A stretch of DNA of 64,000 nucleotides from Peptococcaceae bacterium (GTDB lineage: Bacteria > Bacillota > Desulfitobacteriia > Desulfitobacteriales > Syntrophobotulaceae), in the NCBI GenBank assembly GCA_009783315.1, contig WRHI01000003.1, positions 1,417 through 65,416 of the forward strand, written 5' to 3'. The translations under genes and the position numbers were made by a program. Numbering within the stretch: position 1 is the stretch's first letter; each line of letters opens with the position of its first letter. This document shows, piece after piece, positions 9,473 through 18,099 of the stretch. Under the pieces are notes generated by a model. It worked only from the letters and a program-made list of their open reading frames with translations, was not told the DNA's origin and ran no database searches.

Positions 9473-10376
9473 GCCGGGGACCCTTTATGTATGCGCGACG
9501 CCGATCGGCAATTTGGCCGATGTGACTTTGCGGGTGCTTGATGTTCTGCGGAGCGTGGATCTGGTTGCGGCCGAGGATACGCGGCACTCCCGCAAGCTGT
9601 TGTCCCGGTATGAGATTCGGACGCCTGTGGTCAGCTGTCATGAGCATAATGAGCGGAGCAGGACGGTTGACCTGGTGGAGCGTTTGGTGCAGGGGGGGTC
9701 GGTTGCGTTGGTTTCGGATGCGGGGTTACCGGGGATCTCCGATCCCGGGGGCGTGCTTATCGCAGCTTGTCGGGAACGGGGGATTGCCGTTGATGTGTTA
9801 CCGGGCCCCAGCGCCGTTGTGACAGCCTTGGTGGCATCGGGGCTGGCAGCTGATACATATTTTTTTGGTGGGTTTCTGCCGGTCGACAAGAAGCGGCGGG
9901 AAGCTTTGTCTGGTCTTGCAGAGTTGGCGTGTACGATTGTGCTTTATGAGGCGCCCCACAGGCTGGTGCGGACGCTGGGAGATTTGGCGGGGGTTCTGGG
10001 GGAGCGGGACGCCGCTGTGTGCCGGGAGTTGACAAAGATTCATCAGCAGGTTCATCGGGGAACTTTGACGGCGTTGTTGGGGGAGTTTAAAGCTCTGGCG
10101 CCGCGAGGGGAGTGCAGTGTTGTGGTTGCGCCTCCCCAAGGAGGCGCAACCACAGGGGGTAGGCGTCAGGGGTTAGGGGTTAGGGGGGATACGGGTTTCG
10201 AGGCTCGGGGTTTGAGCCACGAAGGGGGAGAGGGGGATCTTATGTGCCGCCTGTGGCGGGAACTTACGGATGCCGGGATGGAGACGAAAGAGGCTGTGAG
10301 GGAAACGGCCCGGCGGTTGGATGTTCCTAAGAGAGAGGTTTATCGAGCGGTTATGATTAAGGAGGATCAGAAATAG
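9459..10376 (+). CDS. rsmI: 16S rRNA (cytidine1402-2'-O)-methyltransferase
   Basis: Starts MNKIEPGTLYVCATPIGNL.D.T.R, with motifs AEDTR, SDAGLPGISDPG and C-terminal PKREVY. ATG 9459 overlaps the yabA end. The linker is extended by a repeat-derived insert. Confidence 0.9.
   Translation: MNKIEPGTLYVCATPIGNLADVTLRVLDVLRSVDLVAAEDTRHSRKLLSRYEIRTPVVSCHEHNERSRTVDLVERLVQGGSVALVSDAGLPGISDPGGVLIAACRERGIAVDVLPGPSAVVTALVASGLAADTYFFGGFLPVDKKRREALSGLAELACTIVLYEAPHRLVRTLGDLAGVLGERDAAVCRELTKIHQQVHRGTLTALLGEFKALAPRGECSVVVAPPQGGATTGGRRQGLGVRGDTGFEARGLSHEGGEGDLMCRLWRELTDAGMETKEAVRETARRLDVPKREVYRAVMIKEDQK
10121..10188 (+). repeat. perfect 15 bp hairpin followed directly by a G-tract array (GGGGTTA-type), inside the rsmI coding sequence
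   Basis: Hairpin tgtggttgcgcctcc-ccaa-ggaggcgcaaccaca spans 10121-10154. It is followed by gggggtaggcgtc aggggtt aggggtt agggggg (10155-10188). Confidence 0.9.
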
Positions 10377-10824
10377 GATCCTCCGATGATTCGTCATCGG
10401 GCGGAAAGGTTTCCATGGTTGGATTCTGAATGGGGTGCCTTGCCGAGACGGATTCATCACGACCTCTGTGAGCGTCAATCTCTTTGTCGGGCTTCTGGCG
10501 TTTTGCTTTGCTGGTATCTTCCCCAAACACCGGAAGAAGGGATTCAGGACTTTCTTTGGTTGCGGTGTTGGCTTCCGCGCTTTCGGCAGGTTTTCTTACA
10601 CGAAAAGTCAGGCCCAAGGATATGCCCAAGATTGTTGCGAGACCGGCTGTGGCGCCGGCAAGCCAATTGCTGCCATGGGTCCACCAGTTGCCGTCGTGGA
10701 AGGCGTCGGTGGGTTCGTCATTATCGGGGAGGTCGTTGTTTGTATCGTTTTGATTGCACCCTGTGAGGGAGACAATCATGGCTAATATGAGAGTGATGTA
10801 AACCATGATGAGCTGTTTTTTCAT
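10357..10824 (-). CDS. putative lipoprotein, hypothetical
   Basis: Starts MKKQLIMVYITLILAMIVSLTGC, a lipobox signal peptide. Its ATG overlaps the stop of the upstream gene (ATGA). The C-terminal half is acidic and low in complexity. Confidence 0.6.
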   Translation of the reverse strand: MKKQLIMVYITLILAMIVSLTGCNQNDTNNDLPDNDEPTDAFHDGNWWTHGSNWLAGATAGLATILGISLGLTFRVRKPAESAEANTATKESPESLLPVFGEDTSKAKRQKPDKEIDAHRGRDESVSARHPIQNPTMETFPPDDESSEDPISDPP

Positions 10825-11675
10825 ACCGCCGCACCTTCTTTTGAGCCTTCTTTTTTTAGCAAATGTTTGATAAATGGCCCGAGGAAGAGTGCCGCTGCCG
10901 GGAGCAGCAAGAAGACGATTCGGGACCACATGCGGTAATCGCAAAGGAACCAGGTGAACAGAATCGCTGGGACGGCGATTAGCATGCCGATGGCAAAGCC
11001 GCCGACGGAGCCCGTAACCAGCGTCTGTAAGTGTCCCAGACCTCTGAGTCGGTTTAAGTCTGTTTTTGTTACGGCGAAGAAGAACATCAGACCGCTGCCC
11101 TTTTGGTTGGATAGCGACAGGAGTGACCAGAGCGCCAGGATGACAATTGTCAGCGGGTTTAGCACCAGGAAACTGAGCAACAGGGCCATAGCGACGCCAT
11201 AACTTTGGGAGCCCTGTTCTTTAGCCGTCAAAGACCGAATAAGTCTGACGGGAAGTTTGAGCAGTCCGGTGATCAGACGTCCGGCCTTGATTCTCATAAT
11301 CAGGTAGGTCAGGAAGGCGGGAAAGATGAAATACAGGGGTACAGCCAAGAAGGCGGTTCCTGTTTCGCGGGTGGTTCCAAAGAAGCGTAGAAATTGCAGT
11401 CCTTTGAAGGTGTCCAGATAGTGATCTTGTGTGATGATGACGTATGGCCAAAGGTTGTTGATGAAACCAAAGAATCCGCCTTTTTCCGGCCATTGTGAAA
11501 TCCGGTGAGCGCCGGCGATTCCCCCTTGGAATATCATGACGGCTGCTGTGACTGCTGCCATAATGATAAACAGGAACGGCAGCGTGCGCCGCCAATCTTC
11601 TTTGAGGACGCTGACAAACTGGCGGAGTTTTTTGACGGCCAGTCCCGGCAAAGATATGGACGAGGGATCATTCAT
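10821..11675 (-). CDS. polytopic membrane protein, hypothetical
   Basis: 284 aa ORF with several hydrophobic helices, translationally coupled to the downstream lipoprotein gene. I recognised no family. Confidence 0.6.
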   Translation of the reverse strand: MNDPSSISLPGLAVKKLRQFVSVLKEDWRRTLPFLFIIMAAVTAAVMIFQGGIAGAHRISQWPEKGGFFGFINNLWPYVIITQDHYLDTFKGLQFLRFFGTTRETGTAFLAVPLYFIFPAFLTYLIMRIKAGRLITGLLKLPVRLIRSLTAKEQGSQSYGVAMALLLSFLVLNPLTIVILALWSLLSLSNQKGSGLMFFFAVTKTDLNRLRGLGHLQTLVTGSVGGFAIGMLIAVPAILFTWFLCDYRMWSRIVFLLLPAAALFLGPFIKHLLKKEGSKEGAAV

Positions 11676-11875
11676 GGCAAAAACCCCCTATTGGTTGGTG
11701 CGCGGTTCGCGGTATAATTCCAAGTATCATAAGCTCTTTTATTTTGACATAATTTTTACGAACAATCAACAATCTCTTGGCCAGGGTTCTTGCTTGGAGA
11801 TGAGCCCCGGTGGTACCTGACCCCCAGCCAGGTCTGCCCGGGGAGAACGGAGCAGGGCAGACGCTTACTGTCCTG

Positions 11876-12004
11876 CGAGGGCCAATACATAAGTTGGGGT
11901 GCGGAGTATCCAAAAGCCCGCGGAATTTTTTGGGCTTCTCTGAGGCTTCGTCTGGCTAAAGACAGATTGGATACTCCGCACCCCAACTTATGTATCGGCC
12001 CTCG
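11876..12004. repeat. long inverted repeat element (36 bp arms with 1 mismatch, 57 nt core)
   Basis: Left arm cgagggccaatacataagttggggtgcggagtatcc (11876-11911). Right arm ggatactccgcaccccaacttatgtatcggccctcg (11969-12004). The core resembles the core of the hairpin at 13148-13262. Confidence 0.9.
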
Positions 12005-12225
12005 ATGAAATGAGGTCGTATGCGTTCTTTGTGTGCCCCCGAATTTGGTTTTTCCAGAGAGAACTCTCTTGGATATTCGAATGAGTCCAATATAGATTGA
12101 CCAAGGGGCTGCGCCGGGCAGTTATTGGATGACTGCTTGCGCAAGAGTCTCTTGCCGGGAGAGTCGCCATTTTGCGAATGCCGTCATTGTTACAGCATGA
12201 GATTTATGTTACAGATCAGACCTGC

Positions 12226-12444
12226 CGGAGCCGTAGAAAGCATGCTCGAAGCTCGAAGCAGAAATGGATGAGTATCTTGGTTACGAGAAGCAGCATATCC
12301 GATAACAATAACAACAGCGGCAATAGCCGCAACGAGAATGGAAGCAAGACCATAAACAGCGAATGGGGTTTAGTAGTAAGTAGCGGGCACGTACCTGTTC
12401 CACAAAGGCCGGAGAAAAGGATCTGCGCAAGAAAGCCAGTCTGA
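12226..12444 (+). pseudogene. IS256/Mutator-family transposase N-terminal fragment, frameshifted
   Basis: One frame reads ...EMDEYLGYEKQHIR*. The +1 frame continues DNNNNSGNSRNENGSKTINSEWG..V...VP. This matches the family hallmark E.DEHLGYEK...SGNSRNG.S.KT..SE.G.V...VPRDR. No catalytic DDE region follows. Confidence 0.6.
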
Positions 12445-12707
12445 AAAGTGCCCAACCGGGGGGTGTGCCGCGTTTCGTGTAAATGCAATAATCAATCCAG
12501 CGAATACAAGGCTCCAGAGTGTGGCAAGAATAGCATTACAGTAAGAGGATAGGAGCTACCGCAGAGGTGCGGTTCGAGCGCTTACTGTGGCATTATTCGG
12601 TATGCGGATAGCTTAGTGGCTGTCCGTTTGTCCGTTTTCTATTCCGGCAATGCCTTAAGCCGTAACCTCGGGGGTCCGGGGCAGCGCCCCGATTTTCCTT
12701 CTATACC

Positions 12708-12788
12708 GATATCCAAACTATGCTGATGTTTTCGGGAACGCCAGTCATTAAGGGGCTTCTCAGGAAAACATCGGCATAGTTTGGATAT
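12708..12788. repeat. long inverted repeat (26 bp arms, 2 mismatches, 30 nt loop)
   Basis: Left arm gatatccaaactatgctgatgttttc, right arm gaaaacatcggcatagtttggatatt. One of the mismatches would be a G-U pair in RNA. Confidence 0.85.
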
Positions 12789-13080
12789 TGAGGTTGAAGT
12801 CCAAAGCACAATCCCCCATGCTTGAATCATTAATAACATGGGGGTGCAATCATTTATGAGAAATGACTAAAACTTGATGATCTCATTCGGATGGTTTTGG
12901 AGTCAATGGCTGAGCAAAATTACAGTCAAAGAACCATAAAAAACTATTGCCACAACTTTAGTCGTTAGAAACACATTTCAAAAGAAATGGGTGTTGACCA
13001 TCCTACACCAGAATTGTTTTCTGTATTTCAGGCCGGTGTTGGAAATACCGAGACCGGGCAACCAGATGTTATTAATCTTT

Positions 13081-13388
13081 TAATTGCTCCAAAAAATCTG
13101 CTATTCGGGGGTATTCATGGGGCATATGTATACAGTTCAATGAGGCACGAGGTAGGGTTTGGTGAGCGGGAGAATCCAAGCGCCTCTTTGCCTGACGCAA
13201 CCTCAAAAGGCGAAAAAAATTCGCGGGCTTTTGGAGTCTCCCGCTCACCAAACCCTACCTCGGGACTGTTACGAGCCCACATAATATCCATCTCCATTCA
13301 CCATTAGATTGCGGGAGAACCGCAGTAGATATTTCTATTTATTTTTTTGTCGCTTCCTGCACTTTGAAAATATGAAAAATATGCACCC
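13081..13388 (+). repeat. ~310 bp dispersed repeat, copy 1, with a central 26 bp-arm hairpin (13148-13262); sits just 5' of metG
   Basis: Nearly identical by eye to 38173-38484. The right half is present inverted at 47941-48107. It ends in the motif cctgcac-ttTGAAAATATG-AAAAATATGCACCC. Confidence 0.9.
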
Positions 13389-13412
13389 GCTTATCGGCTT
13401 ATCGGAGCTTCC

Positions 13413-13442
13413 TTGCGGGTACAGCCTATATTGGCGTATAAT
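13413..13442 (+). promoter_or_regulatory. candidate sigma-A promoter for metG
   Basis: TTGCGG, an 18 nt spacer, then TATAAT, about 45 nt upstream of the metG ATG. Confidence 0.4.
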
Positions 13443-13486
13443 ATAACGATCCCTCTCCATTCTTCCTACAGAAAGGAACTTTTGGC

Positions 13487-15481
13487 ATGAACTATTATAT
13501 ATCAACGCCAATCTACTATCCCAACGCGAGCCCCCATATCGGCACAGCATATACGACCATTCTGGCGGATGCTATGACGAGGATCCGGCGCATGAAAGGC
13601 GATCATGTTCATTTTTTGACAGGGACAGATGAGAATTCTCAGAAAATTGTCCGGATGGCTGAGGCGAAAGGGGTGAGCCCCCAGGCTTATGTGGACCGTA
13701 TTGTGGCGTCTTTCCAAAAACTTTGGCGGGAACTCGATATTGCCAATGATGATTTCATCCGCACGACGGAGAGCCGCCACCACCGGGTGGTGCAGGATCT
13801 CTTTGTTCGGCTGCAGGCTCAGGGAGATATCTATAAATCGGAGTATAAAGGTTGGTATTGTACCCCTTGTGAGACGTTTTGGCCGGAGAGCAAACTTGTG
13901 GATGGCCGCTGCCCAAACGAGGATTGTGGCCGCGAGGTGACGTGGTTGACAGAAGAGAGTTATTTCTTCCGATTGTCAAAATACCAGGAGCGCCTGTTGC
14001 GCCATCTTGAGGATAATCCGGACTTCATCCAGCCTGTGTCCCGGCGCAACGAAATGATTAAGTTCATCGAGGGCGGTCTGGAGGATCTAAGCGTTTCCCG
14101 CACAAGCCTCAGTTGGGGTATCAAGGTGCCCGGCGACGAAAAACATGTGGTTTATGTCTGGCTGGACGCGCTGGTGAACTATATCTCGGCTCTGGGCTAT
14201 CCCGATGGTCCGTTGTATGCCCAGTACTGGCCGGCTGACGTGCATCTTGTGGGCAAAGACATTATTCGTTTTCACACGGTGATCTGGCCTATTATTCTGA
14301 TGGCGGCCAGTGTGCCTTTGCCGAAGAAGGTTTTTGGACACGGTTGGTTCCTTGACCGAGAAGGCGCTAAGATTTCCAAGTCCCGCGGCAATGTTGCGGA
14401 TACTTTTGAACTGATTCGCTGCTATGGCGCGGATGCCATTCGCTATTATTTGCTCAGAGAGATGCCTCCGGGTCAGGATGGAACCTTTGGCGAGGAAGCG
14501 CTGGTGGAACGTTTTAACAGCGACTTGGCCAATGATTTCGGCAATTTTTTCTCGCGCACATTGGCTATGGTGGAACGGTATTGCGAAGGGATTGTGCCGG
14601 CGCCCCGTTTTGAGGGCGAAGCCCAGGAGGCGCTGCGTGCTTTGGCGGCTGAAACAGCCGACGCCATTGAGGAGAAGCTTCTTTCCTGCGACGGGGCGGG
14701 CGCTTTGGATGCCCTTTGGCAGCTGGTTGGCTGGGCGAACCGCTATGTTGACGCGTCGGCGCCGTGGGCGCTGGCGCGGGATCCTGAGCAGCGGGGTGAA
14801 TTGGAGACGGTGCTGTACACGTGTGTTGAATGCGCGCGTATCCTCGGGGTACTGGCGGCGCCGTTTATGCCGGGTGTTCCGGTGAAATTGCTGCGGTTGT
14901 TTGAATTGCCCGATGTGGGTGATCCCGGGTTATTTGATTCGTGGGAGAACGCGAAGAAATGGCGGCAGATTCGCCCCGGCACACGTGTGCACAAGGGGGA
15001 TCCCCTCTTTCCGCGTATTGATCTTGATCAGGTGCTGGCGGAACGGGAGGGGCAAGGAAACGGAGCAGATGTGATTCGGGAGCAATCACAAGAACTGGGG
15101 CTGACGCAGCCTCAGCCGGAAGCGCAGGAAAATTCCCCGGCCCAATCGGCCATCAATCCGGAGATTGATATAGAAGACTTTGCCAAGGTGGATTTGCGCG
15201 TGGTTAAGGTTCTCGCCGCGGAAAGAGTTCCCAAAACCGATAAACTGCTCAAACTCAGCGTCCAGCTGGGTGACGAGGAGCGTGTTGTGGTATCGGGTAT
15301 CGCCCGGCACTACGAACCGGAGGATCTTGTTGGCAGGCTTGTCATCCTTGTGGCCAATCTCAAACCGGCCAAATTGCGTGGGATAGTCTCTCAGGGCATG
15401 ATCTTGGCGGCGTCCCATGAAGGAAGCCTGGAGGTTCTGAGTCTGGATCAGCCGTTGCCGCCGGGTGCACAGGTTAAGTGA
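13487..15481 (+). CDS. metG: methionine--tRNA ligase with C-terminal tRNA-binding (Trbp111/EMAP-like) domain
   Basis: 664 aa. HIGH-type motif PNASPHIGTAY, a KMSKS-type KISKSRGN, the zinc knuckle CTPCETF...CPNEDCG, and a C-terminal DLRVVKV...KLLKLSV OB fold. Confidence 0.95.
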   Translation: MNYYISTPIYYPNASPHIGTAYTTILADAMTRIRRMKGDHVHFLTGTDENSQKIVRMAEAKGVSPQAYVDRIVASFQKLWRELDIANDDFIRTTESRHHRVVQDLFVRLQAQGDIYKSEYKGWYCTPCETFWPESKLVDGRCPNEDCGREVTWLTEESYFFRLSKYQERLLRHLEDNPDFIQPVSRRNEMIKFIEGGLEDLSVSRTSLSWGIKVPGDEKHVVYVWLDALVNYISALGYPDGPLYAQYWPADVHLVGKDIIRFHTVIWPIILMAASVPLPKKVFGHGWFLDREGAKISKSRGNVADTFELIRCYGADAIRYYLLREMPPGQDGTFGEEALVERFNSDLANDFGNFFSRTLAMVERYCEGIVPAPRFEGEAQEALRALAAETADAIEEKLLSCDGAGALDALWQLVGWANRYVDASAPWALARDPEQRGELETVLYTCVECARILGVLAAPFMPGVPVKLLRLFELPDVGDPGLFDSWENAKKWRQIRPGTRVHKGDPLFPRIDLDQVLAEREGQGNGADVIREQSQELGLTQPQPEAQENSPAQSAINPEIDIEDFAKVDLRVVKVLAAERVPKTDKLLKLSVQLGDEERVVVSGIARHYEPEDLVGRLVILVANLKPAKLRGIVSQGMILAASHEGSLEVLSLDQPLPPGAQVK

Positions 15482-15686
15482 GGGTGGCCAGTTGAAGGAA
15501 CTGTTTGGATGACTTGTCAGAAAAATTGGAGAAGTGCTCATTTAGCAAATTATGAGGGTTTCTGAAACCAACTGTGTTGGCGAACCTTTGATGAAAGCCA
15601 TCATAGAAACAATCGACCATATTGTTGAGTAAATGAAGGAAAACGGACTGAAAAGAAACATAACAAAAGAAACGAGGGACACCTTT

Positions 15687-16499
15687 ATGGAAACCGAGAC
15701 CAACACCACTGCGGCGTTGCTTATCTGGGACACCCACGCTCACTTGGACGACAGACGCTTCAAATCCGATTTGGCAGAAGTTCTGCGCCGGGCGCAAGAA
15801 GCCGGCATAAGAAAGATGCTGAACGTTGGTCATTCAGAAGCGACCAGCCGCCGATCCATTGAAATGGCCGAGAGGTATGAGTTCATGTATGCTTCTGTCG
15901 GCGCCCATCCTCACGACGCCAAGGACTGTACAACCGCGACCTGGGACAAGCTGGCGCAATGGGCGAATCATGCTAAAGTTGTGGCCTGGGGGGAGATCGG
16001 TCTCGATTACTACCGGGACTTGTCGCCGCGGGATGTGCAGAAAAAAGCCTTCATAGAACAAATTGAGCTGGCTAACGCGGCCGGTCTGCCAATTATCATC
16101 CATAACCGGGACGCCCATGGGGATCTGGTCAGCGTCGTCAAGGAACATCCGCCGGTTCATGGCGGCGTGTTTCATTCCTATTCCGGCTCGTGGGATATGG
16201 CCAAAGGGCTGCTGAACCAAGGTTTCTTTCTGTCGTTTTCCGGGCCCCTGACGTACCCGGACGCCCGGCGGGCTGTTGAAGTTGCGGCTCACGTGCCCGG
16301 GGACCGTTTTCTGGTGGAAACGGATTGTCCGTATCTGCCGCCGCAGCCCCATCGCGGTCAGCGCAATGAGCCGGCTTATGTGCATTATGTTGTTGAGCGA
16401 CTGGCTCAGATCAGGAATATTCCTTATGAGGAAGTTGCTCGATTGTCCTCGGCTAACGCCGAAAAGCTCTTTCAGCGGGCGCGGTCATTCCGGGAATAA
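15687..16499 (+). CDS. tatD: TatD family metal-dependent DNase/hydrolase
   Basis: Motifs WDTHAHLDD, GEIGLDY, IIHNRDA, FHSYSGS and ETDCPYLPP are present. ATG 15687 lies 8 nt after GAGGGA and is preferred over the track start 15633. Confidence 0.9.
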   Translation: METETNTTAALLIWDTHAHLDDRRFKSDLAEVLRRAQEAGIRKMLNVGHSEATSRRSIEMAERYEFMYASVGAHPHDAKDCTTATWDKLAQWANHAKVVAWGEIGLDYYRDLSPRDVQKKAFIEQIELANAAGLPIIIHNRDAHGDLVSVVKEHPPVHGGVFHSYSGSWDMAKGLLNQGFFLSFSGPLTYPDARRAVEVAAHVPGDRFLVETDCPYLPPQPHRGQRNEPAYVHYVVERLAQIRNIPYEEVARLSSANAEKLFQRARSFRE

Positions 16500-16686
16500 A
16501 GGCGTTTGTATCACAAATGACAAACCTCGATCAGTGAATCACGAACGGCGAATTTGTCTTCCTCTCTATTTCGTCGTAAAATAGGGAGGAATCTGTTTTG
16601 GCGCGGGAGAATAAGGCGTTATGGCGAGAAGGATGACGATTATGGCCCGGAATATAGGACAAAGAATGACTGGAGGGATAACGACA

Positions 16687-18087
16687 ATGGATACTTCTGG
16701 AGTAATGGCGCTGGTTCTGGCAGCAGGAAAAGGCACCCGTATGAAATCGGCGGTGACAAAAGTTATGCATAACATGTCCGGGAAACCGCTGCTTGGCCAC
16801 GTGCTCACAACCTTGGAAACGTTGCCGTTCACGAAGATAGGTATCGTTGTCGGTCATGGCCGGCAGCAAGTTGAAAGCTATCTGGCCCAAGGGGAAGAAG
16901 CCTGGCTAAGCTCCGGCGTTTGTGAGGTTGTCGTTCAAGAAGAACAGTGGGGAACCGGTCACGCTGTCCAGCAGGCGCTGCCTCTGATTCCGCCCGGCTG
17001 TACCGTTATGGTTGTCAGTGGCGATCAACCGCTGCTCACGCCGGAAACATTGGGCGGGCTTTTGGCGGTTCATAAGAGCGAAGTGGCCGCGGCTACTGTT
17101 TTGACTGCTCATATGGAAGATCCCAGCGGGTTGGGTCGTATTGTCCGCGACAAGGATAGCGATGTCTCCGCAATTACACGTATCGTTGAAGAAAAAGATG
17201 CAGACGACTTTGTTCGCGGCATCAAAGAAATCAACACCGGGACTTATTGTTTCGACGGAGATGCTCTCCGGCAGGCTTTGGCCCATATTCGTCCGGACAA
17301 TGCCCAGAAGGAATACTACTTAACGGACGTCTTTGGCTATCTGTCGGAGCGGGATATGCTTGTAGCAGGCTACAAGATGCGTGACGCTCAAGAAGCTATG
17401 GGCATCAACGATCATTGCCAGCTGGCCGCGGCTGAGGAGTTTTTCTATGATAGGATCCGCCGGCGTTGGATGAAGGAAGGCGTTAAAATGGTTTGTCCCG
17501 GAAGCATTCTTATTGACGCCGATGTGCGGCTGGAGGCGGATGTGACGTTGCTGCCCAATACATGGCTGCGGGGGAATACGTCGATCAAAAAAGGTTCGGT
17601 GATTGGGCCCCAGACCTCCATGATGTCTTGTCAATGCGGCGAGAGTTGTGTTGTCTCTTATTCCGTGGCTGAAGAGGCTGTAATCGGAGAAGGCTGTCTT
17701 GTCGGGCCTTTCAGCCGCTTGCGCAAAGGCTGCGTTCTTGAGGCTCGCGCCCATATCGGCAACTTTGTCGAGATTAAAAATACTGTGTTTGGCTGTGAGT
17801 CCAAGGCAAACCACCTGACCTATATTGGTGACGCCGAGGTCGGCGAGCATGTGAATGTGGGGGCCGGGACGATTACATGCAATTATGACGGAACCAACAA
17901 GCATAAGACGGTTATCGGCGATCGCGCTTTTATCGGCAGCAACGCCAATTTGGTAGCACCGGTGTCCGTGGGACCCGGCGCGGTGATTGGCGCCGGATCC
18001 ACCGTTACCAGAGATGTGCCGGAGGGAGCGCTGGCTGTTGAACGGGCCGACCAGAAAGTCTTCAGCAATTGGGAAACACGAAAATAG
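16687..18087 (+). CDS. glmU: bifunctional UDP-N-acetylglucosamine pyrophosphorylase / glucosamine-1-phosphate N-acetyltransferase
   Basis: Has LVLAAGKGTRMKS, GTGHAV and C-terminal left-handed beta-helix hexapeptide repeats. ATG 16687 follows a GGAGGG RBS. The glmU-prs synteny is conserved. Confidence 0.9.
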   Translation: MDTSGVMALVLAAGKGTRMKSAVTKVMHNMSGKPLLGHVLTTLETLPFTKIGIVVGHGRQQVESYLAQGEEAWLSSGVCEVVVQEEQWGTGHAVQQALPLIPPGCTVMVVSGDQPLLTPETLGGLLAVHKSEVAAATVLTAHMEDPSGLGRIVRDKDSDVSAITRIVEEKDADDFVRGIKEINTGTYCFDGDALRQALAHIRPDNAQKEYYLTDVFGYLSERDMLVAGYKMRDAQEAMGINDHCQLAAAEEFFYDRIRRRWMKEGVKMVCPGSILIDADVRLEADVTLLPNTWLRGNTSIKKGSVIGPQTSMMSCQCGESCVVSYSVAEEAVIGEGCLVGPFSRLRKGCVLEARAHIGNFVEIKNTVFGCESKANHLTYIGDAEVGEHVNVGAGTITCNYDGTNKHKTVIGDRAFIGSNANLVAPVSVGPGAVIGAGSTVTRDVPEGALAVERADQKVFSNWETRK

Positions 18088-18099
18088 GAGGGCGCGGCT

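Noticed and set aside
11876-12004. Long inverted repeats as integron attC sites, given a nearby tyrosine-recombinase-like fragment
   Set aside because: attC sites have RYYYAAC at the 5' end and GTTRRRY at the 3' end of the top strand, plus imperfect stems with extrahelical bases. Here the arms are near-perfect and the GTTGGGG/CCCCAAC orientation is reversed. There is no intI gene or cassette ORFs.
13115-13297. 60 aa ORFs (MEMDIMWARNSPEVGFGERE...) inside the 310 bp repeat, also at 38207-38389, plus mirror-image + strand ORFs
   Set aside because: They span a perfect hairpin, so both strands give similar peptides by symmetry. There is no convincing RBS. In the truncated third copy the frame continues into unrelated sequence. 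This is most likely not coding.
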